In this document: positions 56,844 to 64,000 of the stretch, piece by piece
How positions within the stretch are numbered: position 1 is the first letter of the stretch
Layout of the letters: the number at the start of each line of letters is the position of its first letter
Virus record (IMG/VR): IMGVR_UViG_3300045988_122195
Location: 50,227-114,226 of that record
Direction: 5' to 3' (one strand)
Origin: a virus
Length of the DNA: 64,000 nt
Program-made: the position numbers and the translations under genes
Notes under the pieces: model-generated
Told to the model about the DNA's origin: nothing
Database searches by the model: none
The model's input: the letters and a program-made list of their open reading frames with translations, nothing else

Positions 56844-57395
56844 ATGATTTATGTAATTATTGGACGTACAGCCAGTGGGAAAGACACGATTGTATCAAAA
56901 CTAATTAAATCTGGCTATAAACGTATTGTAACTTATACAAGCAGACCAATGCGTAAGAAAGAAAAAGATGGAGAAACCTACCATTTTGTTACAAAAGAAG
57001 ACTTTGAATCATTAATTCAGAGTGGATTCTTTGCAGAGTGGAGATCGTACGATACTGTAGATGGAGTATGGTATTACGGATCATCTGTTGATAGTTATGA
57101 TACAGATGAAGATAGAATTATTATTCTTAACCCAGATGGGTTTTCAAAAATTAAAAAAATCTTAGAACCTGAAAGTATCAAATCAATTTATGTTTATTCA
57201 AACATAAAAACAATCAGAAACAGATTAAAAAAACGTGGAGATAAGAAAGAAGAAGCAGAAAGACGTATTGAACATGATCTTATTGACTTTAAAGGACTTG
57301 AAAATGAAGTTGATAAGATTGTGTATAACAACGAAGATAACAACATTGATGATGTAGTTAATAAGATTCTTTCTTATGTAGAAGAGAATAAATAA
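56844..57395 (+). CDS. deoxynucleoside monophosphate kinase (T4 gp1-like P-loop kinase) (track 56811..57395)
   Basis: MIYVIIGRTASGKDTIVSKL resembles T4 gp1 N-terminus ...SGVKRSGKDT; ATG 56844 after taaggagatatatagaATG. Confidence 0.55.
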   Translation: MIYVIIGRTASGKDTIVSKLIKSGYKRIVTYTSRPMRKKEKDGETYHFVTKEDFESLIQSGFFAEWRSYDTVDGVWYYGSSVDSYDTDEDRIIILNPDGFSKIKKILEPESIKSIYVYSNIKTIRNRLKKRGDKKEEAERRIEHDLIDFKGLENEVDKIVYNNEDNNIDDVVNKILSYVEENK

Positions 57396-57412
57396 GTGGA
57401 GGTATCGGCTAA

Positions 57413-57607
57413 TTGATTTCAACGACAGCACAATTAGCTAGAGACTTGCATAATTTAGGTGACAATTTTGTCATTGCTGTGGATGAAGATGGCGTTGAGT
57501 ACGTCATCGACTCCATTGGCAAGGCTTGTAGGCATTACGATAATCCATATGAGTATTGTCTTGCACTTAAATTAAAGAGAGCAAGTTCTGGCTGTATAAA
57601 AAGATAG
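57413..57607 (+). CDS. hypothetical small protein
   Basis: 64-aa ORF. Confidence 0.4.
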   Translation: MISTTAQLARDLHNLGDNFVIAVDEDGVEYVIDSIGKACRHYDNPYEYCLALKLKRASSGCIKR

Positions 57608-57617
57608 GAGTAGAGAA

Positions 57618-57851
57618 ATGTATATTAATTTTGCAACAGTTAATGACGTGGCATTGTTTACAACAACGTGTGATAAATATGATGAAGACATAGATATTTA
57701 TTTTGGTCACATGTGTTTCGATGCCAAGTCGCTTGGAGCTAATATGAATCTTATTGGCAAAGATGCAAAGGTTGTTATTCATACAGATGATGAGTCTGTG
57801 GAGAATAAATTTAAAGAGGATGTAAATTTGTGGATTGTAAAGAAAGGGTGA
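57618..57851 (+). CDS. hypothetical small protein
   Basis: 77-aa ORF after ataggagtagagaaATG. Confidence 0.45.
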   Translation: MYINFATVNDVALFTTTCDKYDEDIDIYFGHMCFDAKSLGANMNLIGKDAKVVIHTDDESVENKFKEDVNLWIVKKG

Positions 57852-57857
57852 TTAAAA

Positions 57858-58097
57858 ATGTGGGTTCTATTGAACGACACAACTGAATTGGTTGCATTTA
57901 GAAATGGTGCAAGATTCTTTGATGGAACAATTGAAGTTAGGCAGGGCAGATATATTATTGATGCAAAAAGTACACTTGGTCTGTTTAGCTTAGATTTATC
58001 AAAACCAATTGATGTAAGCATTGAATGCGATAGTGAAAGAGTGAAAAATAACTTCTATGATTATATTAAGAAGTGGAGAGTAGAAGATGGGAACTAG
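57858..58097 (+). CDS. hypothetical small protein
   Basis: 79-aa ORF. Confidence 0.45.
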   Translation: MWVLLNDTTELVAFRNGARFFDGTIEVRQGRYIIDAKSTLGLFSLDLSKPIDVSIECDSERVKNNFYDYIKKWRVEDGN

Positions 58098-58437
58098 GAC
58101 TTTCTATAGTGCAAGAACAACTGTTTTAAGTGATTGTCCATGTCCGTGTTGCTCAACACTTAAAGAATGCAAGTCAGTTTATCCGACAATATGTCAACGA
58201 AGGCTAAACGACTATATGAATAGAGAACTTTCGCAGCAAACTAAGTACCATGAGACAAAGAAATCAAAAGCTATTCGTGAAAAACTAGAAGATGATTTTA
58301 AAGATATTGAAAAATTAATTCTGCAATTATCAAAAGACGGTTGTAAAAATGACAATAACGAACTTGTTTTTCTTACGTCTAGGTATTCCTATATAAAAGA
58401 ATTATTAGAAAAATATTGGAAAGATGGTGAGAAATAA
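58087..58437 (+). CDS. hypothetical Cys-containing protein
   Basis: 116 aa; CPCPCCSTLKECK. Confidence 0.5.
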   Translation: MGTRTFYSARTTVLSDCPCPCCSTLKECKSVYPTICQRRLNDYMNRELSQQTKYHETKKSKAIREKLEDDFKDIEKLILQLSKDGCKNDNNELVFLTSRYSYIKELLEKYWKDGEK

Positions 58438-59033
58438 TGAGTAGACCAAAGTTATTTTTAGATTATGACAACACTATTGTAGATACTATTGCAGCAGTTG
58501 TGTCTTTGTATAATGAAGATTATAAGGATAAAGATGGTTTTGTCCAGATCGATCCTAGTGAAGTGACAAGCTGGGAATTTACGGAATGTAATCTTGCTAC
58601 ATATGAAGAAATTGATAAATATTTTGGAGATGAAAGATTTTTCGAAAGAATAAAGTTGTATCCTGGCGCAAGTCAAGTATTGCGTTCATTGTCTCATAGA
58701 TACGATATTACAATTGTATCACACGGGTATGTTAGCAATTTGAAACTAAAAGAAGAATGGATAAAAGATAATTTGTTTAAAGAAATCTTAGATAGTAGCT
58801 GTAATGCTGAATTCATTGGTGTTAATTGGGAAACACATAACGACAAGTCACATGTGGACATGTCTAATTCTATTTTCGTAGATGATTCTATCACAAATCT
58901 CAAAACAAGTAATGCAAAATATAAACTCCTATATGGAGAATATATGGATTGGAACGAAACAAATCTTGATTTTATTAGATGCAAGAATTGGCTTGACCTA
59001 TACAATCAGATTTGTTTAATTGAAAGATTTTAG
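58437..59033 (+). CDS. HAD-superfamily 5'(3')-deoxyribonucleotidase-like hydrolase
   Basis: 198 aa; motif I LFLDYDNTIVDT (DxDxT). Confidence 0.55.
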   Translation: MSRPKLFLDYDNTIVDTIAAVVSLYNEDYKDKDGFVQIDPSEVTSWEFTECNLATYEEIDKYFGDERFFERIKLYPGASQVLRSLSHRYDITIVSHGYVSNLKLKEEWIKDNLFKEILDSSCNAEFIGVNWETHNDKSHVDMSNSIFVDDSITNLKTSNAKYKLLYGEYMDWNETNLDFIRCKNWLDLYNQICLIERF

Positions 59034-59045
59034 CGGAGGTGTGTT

Positions 59046-59219
59046 ATGGGAACTGATTTTTTATGTTTCTTAGTTGGAGCAGTTGTTGGAGTTATAATGA
59101 CATGCTTATGTAATGTTAATTATGGTGATTCTCGTGAAAGAGAATGGAATGAACTGAGGAGTGACATGGAAGAATTCGAATTGGACGAAGATTTGAAAGA
59201 AACAAAGGAGGACAAATAA
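59046..59219 (+). CDS. small membrane protein (58 aa, below track cutoff)
   Basis: ATG 59046 MGTDFLCFLVGAVVGVIMTCLC... ends TAA 3 nt before nrdD ATG. Confidence 0.35.
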   Translation: MGTDFLCFLVGAVVGVIMTCLCNVNYGDSREREWNELRSDMEEFELDEDLKETKEDK

Positions 59220-59221
59220 TA

Positions 59222-61375
59222 ATGGTAAGAGTTATTAAAAGGGATGGACGTGAAGTTTCGTTTGACAGAGAAAAAATTAAAGACGCTATCTTAGCTGCTT
59301 TTAAAGATGTTGATGGTGAGATTACACAAGAAGCAAAGAACAAAGCATCTGAAATTGCTACATATATTAAAAATTTAGACGAGAAGAAAATTCCTGTTGA
59401 AGAAATCCAAGATATTGTAGAAGAAAAATTAATGGCAAGTAAAAGAAAAGATGTGGCAAGAAAATTTGTCAGATATAGATATAAAAGAGAACTTGTCAGA
59501 GAAGCACAAACCAGTCTTGATAACGAAATCTTTGGTGTAAAAGATGGTACAAGTGAAGAGACTAGAAACAATGCAAATAAAGATGGAAGAAAATTACAAA
59601 CATTAAAACCCATGATTGCAGATGTAACCATTATTGACCAAGCAAAAAGATTATTTTTCCCAGAAAGATTAATGCGAGAACATGGGAAAAGAATGTATGT
59701 TCACGATATGAATTATGCAGGTCTTCCTATTTTTAACTGCATTAATGTTAATTGGGAAAATACATTAAGATACGGTGCAATTCTTGGAAATGCTCCAATT
59801 TCAGATCCAAAATCATATGCAGTAGCAATTGCATTAATTAGTCAAATTGCAAGTCATGTTTCATCTAATTGTTATGGAGGAGTTACGTTCCCTAATCTTA
59901 CAAGAGGATTATCTGTTTATGCAAAAAAGAGTTTGGATAAATATAGAATTGATGCAGAAGAATGGGTAGCGGACGAATCCAAAAGAGAAGATTACGCATG
60001 GGAACATTTAAGAAAAGAAATCAAAGATGGATGTCAAAGCTTAGAATATGAAATTCAGACGTTAATGAATTCACGAGGCGAATCTCCATTTTTGACAATA
60101 GAAGTTAATACGGTTGATGAAAGCTCAGATGAAGAAACTCAAAAAATTCAGAAAATGATTTGTGAAGGTTTTCTTAATCAAAGAATTAGAGGGTTAGATG
60201 GTAGAACTCCAGAGTTTCCTAAAATGGTATTTGAATTACGTAAAGGAAATAATCTTGAAAAAGATGATCCATATTATGACTTGTTCAAGCTTGCAATTAA
60301 ATGCTCAAGTATTAGATGTTATCCAGATTATTTAAACTATGACAAAATCGTTGAAGTTACCGGATCTTACAAACCACCAATGTCTTGCAGGTCATTCTTG
60401 CAGCCAATTCTTGATGAGACAGGTAAATATGTTCCATATGGATTTAATCAAGGTGTTGTAAGTGTAAATCTTGTACGTCATGCACTTTTGGCAAATGGAG
60501 ACGAAAATAAATTTTATGAGTTGTTAAAAGATACTCTTGATAATTATGTTGTTCCAATCCATATGATTAGACATAATCAATTAAAAACAGTAAAAGCAGA
60601 ACAAGCACCAATTCTCTATATGTATGGAATTGTAGATAGACTACAACCTGAAGAAACAATTGAAAAATTATTATATAAAGATCGTTCATCAATTTCTATT
60701 GGGTATGTAGGGGTGCATAATGCACTAAACGCACTGTATGGAAAGTCGTTTGATAAAGATAAAGAAATGGTCGAAAAAGGTAAAAAAATGATTAAATTTT
60801 TATCAGATTATTGCGATGATTTAAAAGAAAAAACAAATATAGGATTTTCGTTGTATTCGACTCCGGCAGAAGTTTTGGCAACTAAATTTTGCAAGCAAGA
60901 TATCAATGATTTTGGCATAATTGAAGGCGTAACAGACGAAGGATATTATGAAAATTCATTTCATTATCCATCAAACAAAGATGTGATTGCTTTTGATAAA
61001 ATTTCACTTGAAGGTTTAATGTCATGGATTCCAAGAGGAGGAGCAATCCAATATGTTGAATTGGGAGATACTACAAAAAACTTAAAAGCAATTGAAGATG
61101 TTGTAAGATTTGCATATGATCATTGTCATTATTTTGGCGTGAACGTTGCAGCAGACAGGTGTTTTAAATGTGGTTATGTTGGAATGATGGAAACAATTGG
61201 AACAAAAAACGAAGAATTTAGATGTCCTGCCTGTGGAAATATGGATACATCTCTGATGAGCGTGATTAGAAGACTGTGTGGATATTTTTCAGATCTTGCA
61301 CAAAGAAAATCTGTGGATAATAAAATGAAAGAAATTGCGCACAGAGTAAACCATTCAATTAAAAAGGAGAATTAA
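59222..61375 (+). CDS. nrdD: anaerobic ribonucleoside-triphosphate reductase NrdD
   Basis: 717 aa; N-terminal ATP-cone MVRVIKRDGREVSFDREKIKDAI; C-terminal Zn ribbon CPACGN and glycyl-radical motif RRLCGYFSD. Confidence 0.9.
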   Translation: MVRVIKRDGREVSFDREKIKDAILAAFKDVDGEITQEAKNKASEIATYIKNLDEKKIPVEEIQDIVEEKLMASKRKDVARKFVRYRYKRELVREAQTSLDNEIFGVKDGTSEETRNNANKDGRKLQTLKPMIADVTIIDQAKRLFFPERLMREHGKRMYVHDMNYAGLPIFNCINVNWENTLRYGAILGNAPISDPKSYAVAIALISQIASHVSSNCYGGVTFPNLTRGLSVYAKKSLDKYRIDAEEWVADESKREDYAWEHLRKEIKDGCQSLEYEIQTLMNSRGESPFLTIEVNTVDESSDEETQKIQKMICEGFLNQRIRGLDGRTPEFPKMVFELRKGNNLEKDDPYYDLFKLAIKCSSIRCYPDYLNYDKIVEVTGSYKPPMSCRSFLQPILDETGKYVPYGFNQGVVSVNLVRHALLANGDENKFYELLKDTLDNYVVPIHMIRHNQLKTVKAEQAPILYMYGIVDRLQPEETIEKLLYKDRSSISIGYVGVHNALNALYGKSFDKDKEMVEKGKKMIKFLSDYCDDLKEKTNIGFSLYSTPAEVLATKFCKQDINDFGIIEGVTDEGYYENSFHYPSNKDVIAFDKISLEGLMSWIPRGGAIQYVELGDTTKNLKAIEDVVRFAYDHCHYFGVNVAADRCFKCGYVGMMETIGTKNEEFRCPACGNMDTSLMSVIRRLCGYFSDLAQRKSVDNKMKEIAHRVNHSIKKEN

Positions 61376-61376
61376 A

Positions 61377-61916
61377 ATGTCATATTACAGCGGCATCGAA
61401 CCATGTGATGCATTAAACGGATCGGGATTCCGAACTGTGATTTGGTATAGCGGTTGCTCTTTAGATTGTAAAGGATGCTTCAATCCAAAAACTCATAATC
61501 CTTGTTATGGAAATGAATATACAGAAAAAACTCAAAATTATATTTTAGATTGTGTCTCAAAACCATATATAGACGGAATAACAATCAGCGGTGGAAATCC
61601 TCTTGAAGATTATAATCTTAATACTGTTTTATCTCTAATAAAATTAATTCGTAATAAACTTCCTGAAAAAACAATTTGGTTATACTGTGGTTATACTTTT
61701 GAAAATATTATTAAATATTCACAAAAAGAAAAATCCGACAGAAATATTTGGGAAAAACGTAAAGAAATAATTTTGTTATGTGATGTAATTGTTGATGGAG
61801 CATATGTTGAATCAAAAAGAAATGTTTCGTTAAAATTTCGTGGTTCATCAAACCAAAGAGTTATAAACATTCCAGAAACATTAAAACAAAACAAAGTAGT
61901 TTTATATTGTGATTAA
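61377..61916 (+). CDS. nrdG: anaerobic ribonucleotide reductase activating protein NrdG (radical SAM)
   Basis: 179 aa; CSLDCKGCFNP (CxxxCxxC); immediately downstream of nrdD. Confidence 0.85.
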   Translation: MSYYSGIEPCDALNGSGFRTVIWYSGCSLDCKGCFNPKTHNPCYGNEYTEKTQNYILDCVSKPYIDGITISGGNPLEDYNLNTVLSLIKLIRNKLPEKTIWLYCGYTFENIIKYSQKEKSDRNIWEKRKEIILLCDVIVDGAYVESKRNVSLKFRGSSNQRVINIPETLKQNKVVLYCD

Positions 61917-61998
61917 AATATCAATTCAAAGTAGTAAAAAATAAGGAGTGTTATAAAGGTATAGCACTCCTAAAATAAAAAGAAAAGAGAATAATAAA

Positions 61999-62277
61999 TT
62001 GACAAATGAACATGAAATAAAGAAAAAAGACGTTCTATATTACGCACAAATTCTTCCGTCAGTTGGCATTTATCATGTATTAGAAATGAAAGTAGCAACA
62101 GTCTATGATACTTATTTTGCAGTCACAGAAAAGCGTGATAAACATCGTTATTTGTTTAATTATACAGATATTAATAAATCCATTTTCTTTGACAGAAGTG
62201 AGTGTTTAGAAAAAGTAAAATATGCGGAAGCACATGGTAAAAAAGTAAGCAACGAAACATATTATGAAGAAGATTAG
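61999..62277 (+). CDS. hypothetical protein
   Basis: 92 aa; TTG start. Confidence 0.45.
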   Translation: MTNEHEIKKKDVLYYAQILPSVGIYHVLEMKVATVYDTYFAVTEKRDKHRYLFNYTDINKSIFFDRSECLEKVKYAEAHGKKVSNETYYEED

Positions 62278-62288
62278 AGGTACAAAAA

Positions 62289-63047
62289 TTGGCAAATAAA
62301 TTATTAGAATATAAAAATAGATTCCGTTTACGTGTACCTATTTGCGAATCAACTCATGATTTTTCACGTAAACTAGATGGAACTTTAGAAGATATTGATG
62401 TTTATATTTCATGCAGTAATGGAATAAAAGTTTTCTATTTTGGCAGAGGTCAATATGAAGTATATATTCCATCTCTGATAAAAGGACACAACATTTTAAA
62501 ACAGTTATATTACAAACATATTAATCCAAATAATGTAGATGTAACTGAGATAAAAAGAACAATTAAAGACAAAGAAACTGTAACATACAATTATCATATC
62601 ATCGACAATGATCTATACGAATCTGAATTAAAAACATCTGATTTCTTTACAGATATTCGTGAATTAGACTCTGAAGTTACATTCAGATTTCGTCAAAAAG
62701 ATTTCGAAAATGTAATCCCATTATTAAAACCACAAACTCTTGGCGCAGGTATTTCTCCATTTAGTACGAAGAATTTACCTAAACGAAAGTATGAAATAAG
62801 TGATGACCAGTTGAGAGAATATAAAAGTATAAATGACTCTATTCCTCAGTCTGATAAATTAAAACTCTCAAGAATTACGAACGATTTTATTAGCAATATT
62901 ATGTCAAAAAATAAGCAATATAAGTCGGTTGATATGAAAAAATATATGAGAAAAAAGATGCTAAGTGGTAAAGAATTTATTCATGAAGAAGGATTCTGGA
63001 ATGAATATATTTTTTATTTAAAGAAGAGACTAGGTGAAGAAAAATGA
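62289..63047 (+). CDS. hypothetical protein
   Basis: 252-aa ORF. Confidence 0.5.
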   Translation: MANKLLEYKNRFRLRVPICESTHDFSRKLDGTLEDIDVYISCSNGIKVFYFGRGQYEVYIPSLIKGHNILKQLYYKHINPNNVDVTEIKRTIKDKETVTYNYHIIDNDLYESELKTSDFFTDIRELDSEVTFRFRQKDFENVIPLLKPQTLGAGISPFSTKNLPKRKYEISDDQLREYKSINDSIPQSDKLKLSRITNDFISNIMSKNKQYKSVDMKKYMRKKMLSGKEFIHEEGFWNEYIFYLKKRLGEEK

Positions 63048-63385
63048 AACAATTAAAGTTGAGTAAAAAATGTAGGCACGAAGATTTAGTTGCGTATGGT
63101 TTCAGAAAACACGGACTGAATTACAAACTTTCAGTTCCATTATATACATATAAAAAGATTCCAGTTATTAGTGTAAATTTTCTCGTTTCATGTCTTGACA
63201 ATTACATTGGTTATGATGTGATCGATAACAATTCTGACATGATTTACACAGCTTATTATGACACAAGTTTATGTGCAGAGAATAAAGTGTTAGAGAAAGT
63301 CAAGCGAAAACTTGATGAAATTTTTGAAGAGATGACTGAGAAAAATATTTTAAAAGGAGATAATGAAGATGCAGAGAATTGCTAA
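63044..63385 (+). CDS. hypothetical protein
   Basis: 113 aa; overlaps previous stop (ATGA). Confidence 0.5.
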   Translation: MKQLKLSKKCRHEDLVAYGFRKHGLNYKLSVPLYTYKKIPVISVNFLVSCLDNYIGYDVIDNNSDMIYTAYYDTSLCAENKVLEKVKRKLDEIFEEMTEKNILKGDNEDAENC

Positions 63386-63878
63386 ATTTAGTAAAGTAAG
63401 TTGGGAACAGTTTGTGAAGGATTGGAAAGATGAATTTGGAACAGACGATGAAGTAACAAGAAAAATTTATTGCGGAATTAATGTGCCAAAAAGAGCAACA
63501 AAAGGTAGTGCAGGTTATGACTTTTTTGCACCAATTGAGTTCACATTATCACCTGGTGAAACGATTAAAATTCCTACTGGAATTCGATGCGAGATGAATG
63601 AAGGATGGGTTATGATGGGATTCCCACGAAGCGGATTAGGATTCAAGTATCGTCTGAGACTAGATAATACGGTTGGGATAGTGGATAGTGATTATGCTTT
63701 TTCAGATAACGAAGGACACATGTTTTTTAAACTCACAAACCGTGGAGACAAACCTATGACGGTCAAAGCAGGGGATGGTTTTGCACAAGGAGTTTTTGTC
63801 CAGTATGGCATTACAGAGGACGACAACTGTGACGGAATTCGCAATGGTGGTTTCGGATCTACAACAAAATCTAAATAA
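63369..63878 (+). CDS. dut: dUTP diphosphatase (trimeric dUTPase family)
   Basis: Motifs KGSAGYDFFAP, GIVDSDYAFSDNEG (GxxDxDY), C-terminal RNGGFGSTTKS (motif V GGFGSTG). Confidence 0.7.
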   Translation: MQRIAKFSKVSWEQFVKDWKDEFGTDDEVTRKIYCGINVPKRATKGSAGYDFFAPIEFTLSPGETIKIPTGIRCEMNEGWVMMGFPRSGLGFKYRLRLDNTVGIVDSDYAFSDNEGHMFFKLTNRGDKPMTVKAGDGFAQGVFVQYGITEDDNCDGIRNGGFGSTTKSK

Positions 63879-64000
63879 ACACATGTAATAATTATTGACA
63901 GGAATGCATAGTGTGGTACAATGATACTAACAAATGCATTTCTCTATGTCGCTGTGCAATTCAAATTTGCATTTTTCCATCAAAATTGTGTAAATTATTT

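Noticed and set aside
59116-59631. 171-aa minus-strand ORF overlapping the nrdD start
   Set aside because: Ser/Leu-rich low-complexity translation lying antisense to a strongly supported NrdD with ATP-cone. Typical AT-rich antisense artefact.
61919-61998. Hairpin AGGAGTG...CACTCCT after nrdG as a rho-independent terminator
   Set aside because: The stem is good, but it is followed by an A-run rather than a T-run on the coding strand, so it was not called a terminator. It may still be an RNA stability element.
1-64000. CRISPR arrays, rRNA, transposase/IS elements, integrase
   Set aside because: No spaced direct repeats of CRISPR type, no rRNA-like conserved stretches, and no DDE/tyrosine/serine recombinase motifs recognised. 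The window looks like the contiguous core of a lytic phage genome.

Overview
This window is a gene-dense, low-GC (about 33%) stretch of what looks like a large virulent phage, probably one infecting a Firmicutes host. Essentially every credible gene is on the + strand. Genes are tightly packed or overlapping, many are translationally coupled, and small zinc-ribbon ORFs are abundant.

Functional blocks I can recognise:
- 1.5-4.4 kb: two paralogous PAPS-reductase/PP-loop ATPase genes.
- 6.6-8.7 kb: a paralogous gene pair of unknown function, then a radical-SAM protein.
- 8.7-11.6 kb: a Met-rich zinc-ribbon protein, a VWA-domain protein, and a truncated adenylosuccinate-synthetase (PurA) homolog that is a candidate PurZ-type 2-aminoadenine (Z-base) synthase.
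- 13.3 kb: a metallophosphoesterase.
- 25.2 kb: a truncated, possibly frameshifted C5-cytosine-methyltransferase-like gene with a perfect 16-bp palindrome upstream.
- 26.1 kb: a phage sigma-70-family factor.
- 27.4-30.3 kb: an RNA-repair-like cassette (HNH nuclease, RNA ligase with a KxDG motif, P-loop kinase fused to an HD phosphohydrolase).
- 30.6-33.7 kb: two small membrane proteins, a full-length FloT/YuaG-type flotillin (unusual for a phage) and a PRTase-fold protein.
- 35.5-37.8 kb: a 1.15 kb ORF-free, hairpin-rich region with a tRNA T-arm-like motif, followed by an HNH homing-endonuclease-like gene, a clear tRNA-Leu(TAA) and a second aberrant tRNA-like element.
- 39.9-50.9 kb: a replication module (acidic-tailed SSB-like protein, RecA-like ATPase, DnaB helicase, TOPRIM primase, RecJ-like DHH nuclease, Pol III alpha with PHP domain, ERCC4-type nuclease).
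- 51-64 kb: a nucleotide-metabolism module (HD hydrolase, FolD, ThyX-like protein with a divergent RHR motif, two HAD nucleotidase-like proteins, NAD-dependent DNA ligase, T4 gp1-like dNMP kinase, anaerobic RNR NrdD/NrdG, dUTPase).

Recurrent sequence signatures include a GGAGAATAA stop/RBS junction at many gene boundaries and a family of TGAAA-N-TTTCA hairpins after several genes. No CRISPR array, rRNA or obvious transposon was seen.
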